Positions 47,039 to 57,453 are shown, counted from the stretch's first letter. The stretch: DNA of 62,861 bases from an uncultured delta proteobacterium (GCA_963755715.1 CAVWLW010000005.1:1-62861); one strand, 5' to 3'. Notes: generated by a model from the letters alone, not told the origin. Numbers and translations are program-made.

Positions 47039-48034
47039 TCAGCGTTTGTAAAGCTGTTTGAGATAACCCGACGATTCCAGCTCTTGAACAAAACTCGTGT
47101 CGACATATTGTCTCGGGTCTGCGGCTTTGGCTTTCGGATTGCGCGGCGCCATATCATCCAACAAAGTCTTCACCCCTTCCGGTGTCGGCAGTGTATTGAT
47201 AGGGAAGATCGCCGCATAGGCTTTCGCCGCTCGTTCGAGTCCCTCGGGGTCGTTGAGTTTTAGAAATTTGCTGAAGATCGCCTTCGTGCCCTCTTTATCG
47301 GTCTTGATGAAATGAATGGCGTCGGCGTTCGCGCGCACCACCTTGGCGATCAGGCTGCGCTTGCTCTTTATGATGCTCTCCAGAGTGAGGACTGCATTCC
47401 AATGAAAAGGCAGAGCCAAGGATCCGGTATCAAACAAATCACGAAAGCCCAACTTTTCCGCCTCCCGCACCCAGGGCTCGGGCATGATGGTAAACTGAAT
47501 CAGGCCGCGTGACAAAGCGACGAGCCGCTCCGGATTGCCGCCGGCGGTAATAATCTTGGTATCCGAGTCCGGATTGATGCCGAGGCGCCGCAGCGCTAAA
47601 CGCAATCCCAAATCCGAGGTCGATCCCACGCGATTCACTCCGCCGGTCTTGCCTTTGAGATGTTGCAGTTCAGTGATCGACGGCACGCTCACGATATGGT
47701 CGACGAACGTCGGCACCAATGTTTGAACCATGATCGTGTCGGCGCCGGCCAAGCGAGTGCCCACCAACGTCGTCACCGAAGTCACAATCACATCCAAATC
47801 GCCGGCTAGAAGGGCTTGCATGGCGATGGGACTGGAATTGATGCCGATGATTTCCGCATCGACGCCGAGTTTTCTTAGCAGTCCCTTCTCCTGGACCACC
47901 CACATCGGACTTGCCGCGGGGTTGAGGGCGGCCCACGCGATTCTGGTTTTTTCTTGCGCGCGCGCAGAGAACGATGGAAAAACGAAGATGCTCGCGCAAA
48001 CGATAGCGAGGAGATGTTTGATGCCGTTACGCAT
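47039..48034 (-). CDS. ABC solute-binding protein, NMT1/SsuA-like (orphan)
   Basis: Signal peptide; PMWVVQEKGL, QALLAGD, LKGKTGGVNRVGS, P.PEGV, SFV.ELE.SG. Confidence 0.9.
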   Translation of the reverse strand: MRNGIKHLLAIVCASIFVFPSFSARAQEKTRIAWAALNPAASPMWVVQEKGLLRKLGVDAEIIGINSSPIAMQALLAGDLDVIVTSVTTLVGTRLAGADTIMVQTLVPTFVDHIVSVPSITELQHLKGKTGGVNRVGSTSDLGLRLALRRLGINPDSDTKIITAGGNPERLVALSRGLIQFTIMPEPWVREAEKLGFRDLFDTGSLALPFHWNAVLTLESIIKSKRSLIAKVVRANADAIHFIKTDKEGTKAIFSKFLKLNDPEGLERAAKAYAAIFPINTLPTPEGVKTLLDDMAPRNPKAKAADPRQYVDTSFVQELESSGYLKQLYKR

Positions 48035-48168
48035 GATTGGTTCCTTGAAGAATTTTTCTTGATGACAGCTTGACTCTATAGTATCGCGCGTCCCGCCTTG
48101 CAACCGAGATCGTCGCTTTGTTAAGAAGAAGTGCTCGTCCATCTATTCCATACGCGGAGGATTCGGCT

Positions 48169-48999
48169 ATGCCTTTAGAAAAACTATCGACAGGAATCGA
48201 TCTTTACTATGAGTCCCAGGGCCGCGGCGAAGCGATCGTATTCATCCCGGGCACCGGATTTTCCGGCAACGTGTGGATGGAAACACAAATGGAACCGCTG
48301 TCGCGCTCGCTGCACGTCATCGTCCATGACCCGCGCGGCTGCGGCCGTTCCACTCATTACAAAAGTGTGTGCACCATTGATCAGATGGCCAATGACGTCG
48401 CCGCTCTGCTGGAACACCTAAACGTGCGCTCGGCGCACATCATCGGCCATTCCATGGGCGGCCGCATCGGTCTTTCGCTCGCGCTAAATTTTCCGGGCAA
48501 AGTCAAAAGCCTGATCCTTGCCGCCGCCGGTTCCGGTCCGGCCGCTCGCGAGGGTTCCGAGACTATTCCCGGGCTGCCCTATCGTCTGGCCTTCGATCTC
48601 ATCGAGATGGGCTTTGAAAAATATTTAAAGCACGAGATTTGCGATACGGACACCTATTTCACTCCGGCCTATCGAAACGAACATCGCGACAAGGTGCAGG
48701 CCTTCTACGAAATGGTATGGCGCCATCACGCCAGACTCGCCGAGTATCTTCAGCTCTGTATCGCGCGGCACAACTGGGAAGCAACGCACCGGCTAGGCGA
48801 CGTCACCGTGCCGACGCTGGTCGTGGTCGGAGACAATGACGTGGTGGGGAGCAATCACGTGGCGCAGGCGCAAGTCCTCGCCAAACGCATTCCCAACGCC
48901 GAGTACAAAGTCCTCAAAGGACAGTCGCACGGTTTCTTCTGGCAGGCGCCCGAAGAGACTAACGAGTGGATTTTGCAGTGGGTGCGTAATCACACGTGA
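48169..48999 (+). CDS. Alpha/beta fold hydrolase
   Basis: DPRGCGRS, IGHSMGG, VPTLVVVGDND, SHG. Confidence 0.92.
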   Translation: MPLEKLSTGIDLYYESQGRGEAIVFIPGTGFSGNVWMETQMEPLSRSLHVIVHDPRGCGRSTHYKSVCTIDQMANDVAALLEHLNVRSAHIIGHSMGGRIGLSLALNFPGKVKSLILAAAGSGPAAREGSETIPGLPYRLAFDLIEMGFEKYLKHEICDTDTYFTPAYRNEHRDKVQAFYEMVWRHHARLAEYLQLCIARHNWEATHRLGDVTVPTLVVVGDNDVVGSNHVAQAQVLAKRIPNAEYKVLKGQSHGFFWQAPEETNEWILQWVRNHT

Positions 49000-49227
49000 G
49001 TGGGCGGCTACGCGTTGGAAGAAGGATATCAGGAAATCCTCACCGGTCTGGACCGCAAGCCTTACCCGTCTCTGGAAGGCATGAAAAACATCCAGCGGCT
49101 CGCAAAATTAAGAGAATCGCGTCTTGCGAACATCAACGTTGAGAGCATTGTAGACGAGAGTTTGATGCGAAGGCTTGACTCAAGTGGCTTCATCGATCGA
49201 GTCTATCGAAGCTACGGAATCAAGTGA
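49000..49227 (+). pseudogene. C-terminal fragment of an NMT1/SsuA-like SBP
   Basis: KPYPSLEGMKNIQR...VDESLMRRLDSSGFIDRVY matches the C-termini of the intact SBPs in this window. Confidence 0.75.
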
Positions 49228-49334
49228 AGGTAAATCCGGCTTTCGTTCTCTGCCCTTAGGTTCACTTTGACAGCTGGCGAATTTTTAAGATGCGAAATCC
49301 AAATCGCTCTCACACCATCCAACGGTTGGGTCAA

Positions 49335-49631
49335 TCAACGCTTCGGCGGCACTAGAAAGATATACTGGTGGTTTTTCTGCGTGAATTGCCTCCCTGTCTG
49401 GGGGCAGGTGACGGTATTGTTGGCAAGGTCTGCGAGGTTTTTCGGAACGGATTTCTCTTTGTACAGGGCACCGAGGCTTTGTTTGACAAAAGGGCCGCCC
49501 TCCAATGCAACGGAAATCCCCATCTCGTGAACTCCGCTACATCTGTTGCAAGAAACGAAGACGCCGTACAGGGTTTGTGAATTCTTCGCAGTAGAGTGGA
49601 CTGCGGTTCCCATCGTACGATTTAGTTGCAT
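49335..49631 (-). CDS. Small hypothetical protein, possible zinc ribbon
   Basis: CNRCSGVH...CPQTG; RBS GGAGG upstream. Confidence 0.6.
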   Translation of the reverse strand: MQLNRTMGTAVHSTAKNSQTLYGVFVSCNRCSGVHEMGISVALEGGPFVKQSLGALYKEKSVPKNLADLANNTVTCPQTGRQFTQKNHQYIFLVPPKR

Positions 49632-49790
49632 TGACGGCCTCCGTTCTTAATTCCACATTGTCCGTTGCTTTGAGAATTCTGTGGTTGACAGTTGGGCTGG
49701 TTTTTCGCGATTGCGCTTAGCCCTTACTCGATCAGCGAAAAATCCTCTCTTATTCAACAACCCACCGTAAGCGCGGCCCATTTTTGGTTC

Positions 49791-50321
49791 TCAGTTGGGC
49801 AACTGCTCCAACTTGTTCTTACCCGGTGCGAGCGCGCGGTCAATACGTGCCGTTGCAGCAGTTTTGCTTTCGCTCATCACTTCCGAGATCTCGCAGATCA
49901 GCAGTTTTCTCGCGCGATGCAGCGTCTCCCGCTCGTGCGCAGCCAGGTTCTTGGTGCCGCTCAACTGAGTCAGTACCTCGACCATGTTGGCCAGTTCGAA
50001 TATGGATCCTGAGCTGAACAGTTTTAAATTGTCCAGCTCGCGCTGGCGCCAGTTTTTGGCGGTTCCAGGAGCTTTAGTGACTCCGGCTCGGGGTTTGAGG
50101 TGGCCTAGGAGCTTGGGAATCTCAGAGCGGTCCAGCAATGCCCGCACAGGTAGATCGTGGGAGTTATCGACCGGCACGAACAACTCGGCCTTACTATCAT
50201 CCAATAGCGCTAATCGGTAAAAACTCGCTGACCTTCCACAAACCACTTTCTGGACGACCCCACCGATAAGACAGGGTCCCCGACCGGGATAAACAACTTT
50301 ACCGCCAACCGTAAGCGTCAT
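49791..50321 (-). CDS. CarD/CdnL-like transcription factor
   Basis: VGGKVVYPGRG...LFVPV...VRAL...NWRQR...SGSIFELA.V..L...L...ER..L.RAR.LL..EIS. Confidence 0.85.
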   Translation of the reverse strand: MTLTVGGKVVYPGRGPCLIGGVVQKVVCGRSASFYRLALLDDSKAELFVPVDNSHDLPVRALLDRSEIPKLLGHLKPRAGVTKAPGTAKNWRQRELDNLKLFSSGSIFELANMVEVLTQLSGTKNLAAHERETLHRARKLLICEISEVMSESKTAATARIDRALAPGKNKLEQLPN

Positions 50322-50854
50322 TAAGAGTCTCCATTTCTGCTGAAACTTGGGCGAAGTGAACCCATCTCGTGGTTCCAATATTTCCAGATTCCAAAGTAGA
50401 ATCCGTCCACAGCGGATTTTACATGTTCCACTAAAAAGATACCCGGCAAGTTGAACTCAAGCTGATCCCGATGCTAAGGCAAGAAGTAGGAGAAGGAAAC
50501 TACGATCGATTTAGAATGAGTGTACCACTTCTCTTTGTAATAAGATACTGGCGACTCGGTGTCTCTGCGGTGGAAAAAAACTCTGGACATTCGGAGGCAC
50601 GATACTTTTCTGAAGCTGATTCAGAATTGATTCGTAGCGTTTAATAGAGCCGGTCGATAAAGCCGTTGTCGGCGAATTCTTTTATCACACCCATGCTCAT
50701 CCATAACGAAAGTAATTTTTTACGTCAGCTTCATCGGATCGTTCTGATCTCGATGTGGAGTTCCAAGCGGGTTTCCTATGCTCAGGATTTCTACGCGGGG
50801 GAAAACGCTCCTAAGCGTGATGGGGTTTTCATGCCCACCTCTCAGCCTGTCCTT

Positions 50855-51895
50855 CTAAACGAGCTTCCGGCTCACAAGCTCATCCTTAACGTACGCGTAG
50901 TAAATCGGTGCTGCGATGAGACCGGGGATGCCGAAAGCGGCCTCCATGACGAGCATCGCGAGCAGTAACTCCCAGGCGTGCGCGTGCACCTGCGCGCCGA
51001 TCATATGCGCGTTTAAGAAATATTCGAGCTTGTGGATGACCACCAGAAATATCAGCGATGCGATCGCTACCGGCAGCGAGACGCTAAGACTCAAGATCAC
51101 GATGATCGCATTGGAGAGAAGATTTCCGACCACGGGGAGCAGCCCAACAAGGAAGGTGATGACCAGCACTGTTTTGGCCAGTGGCAGATGCACATCCGCC
51201 AACGGCAACGCGACGAAGAGGTACAATGCGGTCAGGAAAGTGTTGACGGCCGAGATGCGCGTTTGGGCGAATACGACGCGTCGGAACGCTTCGCCCACGC
51301 GGACCACGCGCTCTCGCATGGCCCTTGCGAGCGGTCCGAGGGGTTCATGCGGCTGCACATCATGCAGTGACGCCAACACGCCGATCCCCAAGCCGAAAAA
51401 AATGTGTGCCAACGTGCGTCCCGCCTCCGTCCCAACCTGCTTCAACTCCCCCGCGTGTAGACCGAGCCAGGCCACCACGGCCTGCCGCAGCTCCTCCACG
51501 TCCACCGGCAACTGTTCTGCGATGGAATCCGGCAACACGGACCGCCAGCGCTCAATGCTATCGGTCATCGTATTGAAAAGCGTCGACAGGTTATCCGCCT
51601 GAACAAAGGCGACGATTCCCGCTCCGGCAATCGTGAGAAGTAAGACAACCCCAAAGGCCACGATGCCGACCGCGACAAGCTGGCCTCGCTTGTGATGAAT
51701 CCGAAATATTCTAAGGGCGCGCGCAAGCACATGCACCAATTCGTAAACAACGAGTCCGGCCACGAGCGCCGGCAGCAAATGCAGCGGCAGCACGATAAAA
51801 AGTGCCACACCCGTGAGCAGCCAAGAGACAATATCATAGGAAAGCGCCGGGGGAGGTTGCGTGAGGTCGTCTTGTCGGTAATCCGTTGTCGTCAC
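50855..51895 (-). CDS. AI-2E (PerM) family transporter
   Basis: Multi-TM; AQ.RIS..NT..T, GLLPVVGNL.SN, HKLEYFLN, MEAAFG.PG. Confidence 0.88.
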   Translation of the reverse strand: MTTTDYRQDDLTQPPPALSYDIVSWLLTGVALFIVLPLHLLPALVAGLVVYELVHVLARALRIFRIHHKRGQLVAVGIVAFGVVLLLTIAGAGIVAFVQADNLSTLFNTMTDSIERWRSVLPDSIAEQLPVDVEELRQAVVAWLGLHAGELKQVGTEAGRTLAHIFFGLGIGVLASLHDVQPHEPLGPLARAMRERVVRVGEAFRRVVFAQTRISAVNTFLTALYLFVALPLADVHLPLAKTVLVITFLVGLLPVVGNLLSNAIIVILSLSVSLPVAIASLIFLVVIHKLEYFLNAHMIGAQVHAHAWELLLAMLVMEAAFGIPGLIAAPIYYAYVKDELVSRKLV

Positions 51896-52133
51896 AATTG
51901 ATCCTTCACTGAGTAAGCGACGAGCGCAACGCGGCGCGTGAAACCTAATCTTGGCCGACACGAATTCGTGGTAGAGCGAGCGCTCGCGTTTGGTTTGAAT
52001 ATAACTAGCACGAGAACAGCGCACTGGGCCAGAATCGCGATCGCGACACAGCGCAGAGGTTTGAATCAGCGCTCATGAGGCGGGCTCGTTCTTTGAGTGG
52101 AAACTGTGGTAAAAAGACGGAAGGGAGGAAAAT

Positions 52134-52700
52134 ATGTTCGCCCAAATGACCTGTGCATTTCTCGTCGTAGCGCTCGCACTATTCGTCACTCCAGCGCCAA
52201 GCATCGCAGCGGAGTCCTCTTGCCCCACTGTCCTTAATCACAAATTCGCGAACCTGATGGATGAGCCGGTGTCGCTCTGTCAGTTCAGTGGCAAGGTGCT
52301 GCTGATCGTTAACACGGCGAGCGAGTGCGGCTACACGCCGCAGTACGACGGCTTGGAAAAGTTATATCGCCGATATCGCGACAAAGGCTTCGCGGTCCTG
52401 GGATTTCCGGCGAACGATTTCGGCGCCCAGGAGCCGGGGTCAAACAAAGAGATCGCGCAATTCTGTCGGGTGAACTACGGCATCACGTTTCCGGTGTTCG
52501 CGAAGACGCCCGTCGTCGGCGCAAACGCCAACCCGCTTTTTAAAGAGCTCACCGCTAAGACCGGCAAGCCACCGCGCTGGAACTTTCATAAATATCTGCT
52601 CGACCGGACCGGCCAACCGGTCGCTGTATTCGAAAGCGCGATCGAGCCCGAGGATCGACAGGTGACTTCGCAGATCGATAAACTGCTTGGGACACGCTGA
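52134..52700 (+). CDS. Glutathione peroxidase family protein (with signal peptide)
   Basis: GKVLLIVNTASECGYTPQY, LGFPANDFGAQEPG, WNFHKYL. Confidence 0.95.
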   Translation: MFAQMTCAFLVVALALFVTPAPSIAAESSCPTVLNHKFANLMDEPVSLCQFSGKVLLIVNTASECGYTPQYDGLEKLYRRYRDKGFAVLGFPANDFGAQEPGSNKEIAQFCRVNYGITFPVFAKTPVVGANANPLFKELTAKTGKPPRWNFHKYLLDRTGQPVAVFESAIEPEDRQVTSQIDKLLGTR

Positions 52701-52831
52701 CGGAACGCGCGTTCAAATTATGGATTCGTCCACCAAGTTCAAGCCTTGGAAGCAGCGAGTGCAGATGTCGTAATCCACGGTGCGAAAAAACCGGCAAGTC
52801 CGAATAGATCGTCTAAAAATTCTGGCATGGA

Positions 52832-53797
52832 TTACCGGAACCTCGGCAGTAGTTCCTTGCCGATCAGTTCCAAGCTCTCTTCGAAGCGGTCGTATTGTAG
52901 TCTCAAATCGAATACCAGGTGTTCGACGCCTCGTATGCGAAATTTTTCGATCTCCGCGGCGCAGTCATCGGGGTTTCCTACGATCAACAATCCTTCCAGG
53001 TCCTCGATCGTCTGAAACTTTCCGGAAGCCGGCTTTATCCAGTGACTGCTTCCCTCCGAGCTCTCGGCGAGCGCCTCGACGTCGATACTCGCCCGAGCCT
53101 TCTTTCGGTCTTTATCGATGCGCGTGATCGGTATATTGCCCAACGTAATTTTCCTGTCGGTCAATTGCCGCAAATATTTTATCCGGTCGTCGAAAGTCGC
53201 CAGCGGAACACGACCGGGAATCCAGCCGTCGCAATATTCCGCGGCCCGTCTTATCGCGGCGCGAGTACTGCCGCCGCAGAAGATCGGGATCGGTTCGACG
53301 GGCTTGGGCTCGATGGTCACGTTTTCGAATGAGAATATCTTGCCCTTGTACGAGACATTATCCTCTTTCCAGATCAGCCGCGCGATCTCGACGGTCTCGC
53401 GCAGGATGTCGATCCGATCTTCGATGCGCATGCCGACGGTTGCAAGCTCGGCGGGATTGAATCCCAATCCCATGCCGGCGATGACCCGGCCGCCGGCGAT
53501 ATAGGAAAGGCTTGCGAGATCCTGGCTGACTTTGAGCGGCCAACGCACGGGAACCAGCACGGCGATGCCTAAAAGGATTTTTTTCGTCACCGCCGCAACC
53601 GCAGATAGCGTGACAAACGGTTCGACGAATTTGAGCCCCGACTTTTCCATGCCGTGCGGATGCCAAATCAAATGATCCCTCACCCATATGGAATGAAATC
53701 CCAACTCCTCGCACAGTCTAGAACCGTCGATAATCCGCGACGGTGAGGTTTCTTTGCCAAAGTGGGGCAACAAAACACCGAACTGCATTTTCGCCAT
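52832..53797 (-). CDS. LLM-class flavin-dependent oxidoreductase
   Basis: EELGFHSIWVRDH, EPFVTLSAVAAVT, GGRVIAGMGLG, PKPV.PIPIFCGG. Confidence 0.9.
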   Translation of the reverse strand: MAKMQFGVLLPHFGKETSPSRIIDGSRLCEELGFHSIWVRDHLIWHPHGMEKSGLKFVEPFVTLSAVAAVTKKILLGIAVLVPVRWPLKVSQDLASLSYIAGGRVIAGMGLGFNPAELATVGMRIEDRIDILRETVEIARLIWKEDNVSYKGKIFSFENVTIEPKPVEPIPIFCGGSTRAAIRRAAEYCDGWIPGRVPLATFDDRIKYLRQLTDRKITLGNIPITRIDKDRKKARASIDVEALAESSEGSSHWIKPASGKFQTIEDLEGLLIVGNPDDCAAEIEKFRIRGVEHLVFDLRLQYDRFEESLELIGKELLPRFR

Positions 53798-53882
53798 CGT
53801 TCTTGTATTACCCTTTTGTTCTGCGGATCGAATCCTCTGAACCTCTTGTGTGTAATGGGCCAAGGCGGCAAAGGAATCCAAT

Positions 53883-53908
53883 TGTCATTTCGACGGAAGG
53901 GAGAAATC
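53883..53908 (+). repeat. REP-like dispersed repeat TGTCATTTCGAC..AAGGGAGAAATC
   Basis: Near-identical inverted copy at 57454-57479; degenerate copy at 54535-54560. Confidence 0.7.
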
Positions 53909-53978
53909 CTTCTTAGAGCTCTCGCATTCACTTGGTACAAAGCCTTTGCGTCCTTTGCGGTGAGATCCTCCGAGCACG

Positions 53979-54359
53979 CTATTTATTTTCTGAATCATCG
54001 ACAATATGAAAATCTTCGCCCGCGGGAGCGTAAATCTCCAGGACGCGCGCGACCGTATCGCCGCAGTTGCCGGCTTGATGGCGCACGCCGGGCGGAATAA
54101 AGGCCACTTCTCCCGGCCCCAGGCGAAACTTTTTTCCCTGCACGATGGCCTCGACGGTGCCTTCCAGTACAACGTAAATATTCTCCGCTTTAGCGTGATA
54201 GTGCGTCGGACCCGGTCCGGAATCGACGTTAATCAGATTGATGTGCACATCGACGTTCTTTGCGCCGTCGGCTTCATCCACCAGGCGAAGCGCCTTGCCG
54301 CGATCCCATCGCATAACCCTCACCGGCGCGTCTTCTATACGCATAACCTTCACTGGCAT
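53979..54359 (-). CDS. Cupin domain protein
   Basis: HYHAKAENIYVVLEG...GEVAFIPPGVRH. Confidence 0.92.
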   Translation of the reverse strand: MPVKVMRIEDAPVRVMRWDRGKALRLVDEADGAKNVDVHINLINVDSGPGPTHYHAKAENIYVVLEGTVEAIVQGKKFRLGPGEVAFIPPGVRHQAGNCGDTVARVLEIYAPAGEDFHIVDDSENK

Positions 54360-54699
54360 AAGATCACCTCCAATTTTTCTCCTTCATTCTGAACTAGGCG
54401 AGCAGTAGTTGAAAATAAGCCACCTTGTCAAGTTATGTCCTTGCCCGGTGGCGATTCAGCTAAACCAATATCTCTTACGGAGTTTACTCTGAGTCCTTAC
54501 CGAAGGGTTCGAGATGGCAAGTCGCTCAATTTGTTGTCATTCCGAGAGCAGCAAGGAATCTTTCTTGATATGAAAATTCGTGGCAGAGTCTGAATGAACC
54601 ACTATTCCTCTCGCTAGCCGTTCATCAAACTGACAACACAAGAGAAGCGATTGTTACGCTCCTGCGCGGCATGATAGGAGCACTCCAAGACCCATCCCT

Positions 54700-55611
54700 A
54701 TGACAGAGACACTCAAACTGCTGCAATTTCGTGCGGCCTACAATTTGCCCGTCCATGCAGGAATCGAGACAGGAATTTTTGCGTGCCACGGGCTCGCTCT
54801 CGAGATCGCATACACACCGGGCTCCTTATACCTTAGCCAAGCCCTTAAAGAGAATGGATGCGATATCGGACATACCGGCGCCGATGACGTCATCGCCGAT
54901 GTCGAAGCCGATGACAGCTCCGATCTTTTTATCTTTATGGGTCTACACAGCGGTCTCTTCAGTTTGGTAGGCGCGCGCTATTGCGCATCCATTGATTCAT
55001 TATCTGGCAGGTCTATCGGCGTCGATGCCAAGACGAGCGGCTTTGTTTTAGTGCTCGAACGAATGCTCCACGCCAGAGGTTTCGATGTGGACGATTACCA
55101 GCTGATCGAAGTCGGTGGATGGGAAAGCCGCTATCGCGCATTGTTGGAAGGAAAGATCAGCGCGACTCTGTTGACGGAACCTTTTGTGAGAAATGCTCTG
55201 GCCGCGAACTGCAACCTGCTTGCTCGAGATTTCGAGATGATCCCGTCTTACCAGGGCACATGCGGCGCGACGAGCCGACATTGGGCCGAACAGCATCCGG
55301 AGCGCTTGAGCCGGTACATCCGTGCCTACGTCGAAGCAACGCAATGGTGTTTCGACAGGCGGAATCGACGATCTTGCCTCGACATCCTGGCTCGACACAA
55401 CGAAATCGACGGGCCCGCGGCCGAACACACGTTGGACACGCTACTTGATCCAGAACACGGCCTTTACCCAAAAGCGACCATTAATCTCCCTGGAGTCGCG
55501 GCCGCTCTCGATTTGCGAGCCGAGCTGGGTTACTTGGCGTGTCCTGTTCCGCCCGTCGAGAAATATGTCGATCTTTCTTATTACCGGAAAGCCTTGTCAA
55601 TCGGCACATGA
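54700..55611 (+). CDS. SBP-fold (NMT1/SsuA-like) protein without signal peptide
   Basis: NLPVHAGIETGIF, L.GRSIGVDA.TSGF, R..ALLEG...ATLL.EP; no hydrophobic N-terminus. Confidence 0.8.
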   Translation: MTETLKLLQFRAAYNLPVHAGIETGIFACHGLALEIAYTPGSLYLSQALKENGCDIGHTGADDVIADVEADDSSDLFIFMGLHSGLFSLVGARYCASIDSLSGRSIGVDAKTSGFVLVLERMLHARGFDVDDYQLIEVGGWESRYRALLEGKISATLLTEPFVRNALAANCNLLARDFEMIPSYQGTCGATSRHWAEQHPERLSRYIRAYVEATQWCFDRRNRRSCLDILARHNEIDGPAAEHTLDTLLDPEHGLYPKATINLPGVAAALDLRAELGYLACPVPPVEKYVDLSYYRKALSIGT

Positions 55612-55683
55612 CTACGGCTGCTAATTGGCATTCAAAGTAGTACAATGCAGCCTTGAACTAAATTAGAGGTTGGATTTGTTCAC

Positions 55684-56472
55684 GTGACGGCTACTATTCA
55701 TAGCGGTGTTCGATATGTCAGGCGAACATCCAGACGTTTCACCAGGCTCCACTGGAAAGGAGCCGTCGCCGGGTGGTGTGTTCTCGGGATCGCCGGGTTT
55801 TTCGCGGTCAACCTGATCTATCAGGTCGTACGCAAGCCGGGTGAGCTCTTCGCCCCGATCAGTGGCTCCTTATCAAAAAGTCCCGCGTCTATCTGGCAGA
55901 GTTACGGAACGCTTTTCGAGGAGCATTCGACAAGCATTATTTCACCGGAGTTGCTCGCCGCGTTGGCCCAAGTCGAGAGCGACGGGAATCCGGTCGCGCG
56001 CACTTACTGGCGCTGGCAATGGTCGTGGAACCCTTTTGAAATCTATCGTCCGGCGTCGAGCGCGCTCGGCATGTTTCAACTCACCGACGGAACTTTCATC
56101 GAGGCCCGCAAGTATTGCATCCGTGATCATACCGTTGTGGCCGAGGGTCCGTGGCACGATCTCAGTTCCTGCTGGTTCAATGCCTTCTACACTCGAACGC
56201 TGCCGAGCCATGCGGTCGAAATGACCGCCGCGTATCTGCACCAAAGCGTGGTCGATATTTTGGCTGCTCGTCGCGCGGTCAAAGTCAGCCGGGCGCAAAA
56301 GCAAAAACTGGCTGCCGTGATTCACCTGTGCGGCTTGAAAAGAGGAGAGACTTTTGCCGCGCACGGCTTTCGCGTAGCGCAGGGCGAGCTTTGTGGCACT
56401 CATAGCCTGCAGCGCTATCTCACTCAAATTGACGTGATGAAAAAGCGCTTTACGCGATTGGCCGGGAATTGA
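55684..56472 (+). CDS. Membrane-anchored lytic transglycosylase (SLT-like) domain protein
   Basis: TM helix; LAALAQVES.GNP (catalytic Glu), SALGMFQLT. Confidence 0.8.
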   Translation: MTATIHSGVRYVRRTSRRFTRLHWKGAVAGWCVLGIAGFFAVNLIYQVVRKPGELFAPISGSLSKSPASIWQSYGTLFEEHSTSIISPELLAALAQVESDGNPVARTYWRWQWSWNPFEIYRPASSALGMFQLTDGTFIEARKYCIRDHTVVAEGPWHDLSSCWFNAFYTRTLPSHAVEMTAAYLHQSVVDILAARRAVKVSRAQKQKLAAVIHLCGLKRGETFAAHGFRVAQGELCGTHSLQRYLTQIDVMKKRFTRLAGN

Positions 56473-56514
56473 GCCGCTGTTCGACGCCGGGAATACTGAC
56501 GGTGATCGCGAGTT

Positions 56515-57356
56515 TTATTTTATGCGCCGCGCGATAAATCCGAGCACGGTGCGATTGAAGAACTCGGGTTGCTCCCAATAGATTGAATGGCCGCACTCCG
56601 GCGCGATCACGACCTCGTTGTCCGGGACGTGCCGCGCAATCATCCGCATGATCGAGGGAGATGTGAACATGTCCGCCGCGCCGGTCATCAGCAGCGTGCG
56701 CACTCTCAATGTCTCCAACTTCTCCGGTGAGACAACGTTGACTAACTTTTGCCGGGCGCCCTTTCCAGTCTCGGACTTGTGATTGAGCTCGATCCATTTC
56801 TGAACGCCTGCCGGATTCGCCGCGCGATACGAAGGACCGAGCTCACGAAACCAGCGCGGCAAATCGTCCCACTCTTTGATTCGGATCTTTGCCGCGGCTT
56901 CGGCGATGTACCCATTAGCAGCGGCGAGGTTGTTGCTCGATACCGTCAGGCTCAGCAGCCGTTCGGGATGAGACAACGCGTAATCCGCGGCGACGCTGCC
57001 GCCGGCGGCCGAGCTCACTAGATGAAATTTTTCCAGTCGGAGAAACTCGATTAGGTTCTGCAAGTCCTCCGATGCTGTCCCGGGATTGTCCGCCGGGCGC
57101 GAGATCGGAGTTGTAATAATTGCGGCGCGAATAGCCAATCACACGATAGCCCGCCTTCGGCGAACACGGGCTGCTGGTATAACCAGATCAGCGCGCTGCC
57201 CGACGCCGGATGGAGCAACACAATCGGTTCGCCGGCACCGCCGGTGTCCCAATACCCAAGACGAGTGCCGGGAAGCTCGGCCATTCCTTCCTTGGCTGGA
57301 ACCTGCTCCGGAATCGGCACGGGAATCATCGGATCGTCCACGTGAGTCTGATTCAT
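56515..57356 (-). CDS. Alpha/beta fold hydrolase (two frameshifts at ~57160 and ~57095)
   Basis: GYWDTGGAGEPIVLLHP | GYRVIGYSRR | FHLVSSAAGG...TLLMTGAAD...CGHSIYWE. Confidence 0.85.
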
Positions 57357-57453
57357 CGCCGTTCCTCCACGAGTCGCTTACTTATATAACATCGAGACTG
57401 AGGAGAGGAAATCAAAATTCACCGCAGGGGCGCAGAGCCTGCAGAATAGGAAA

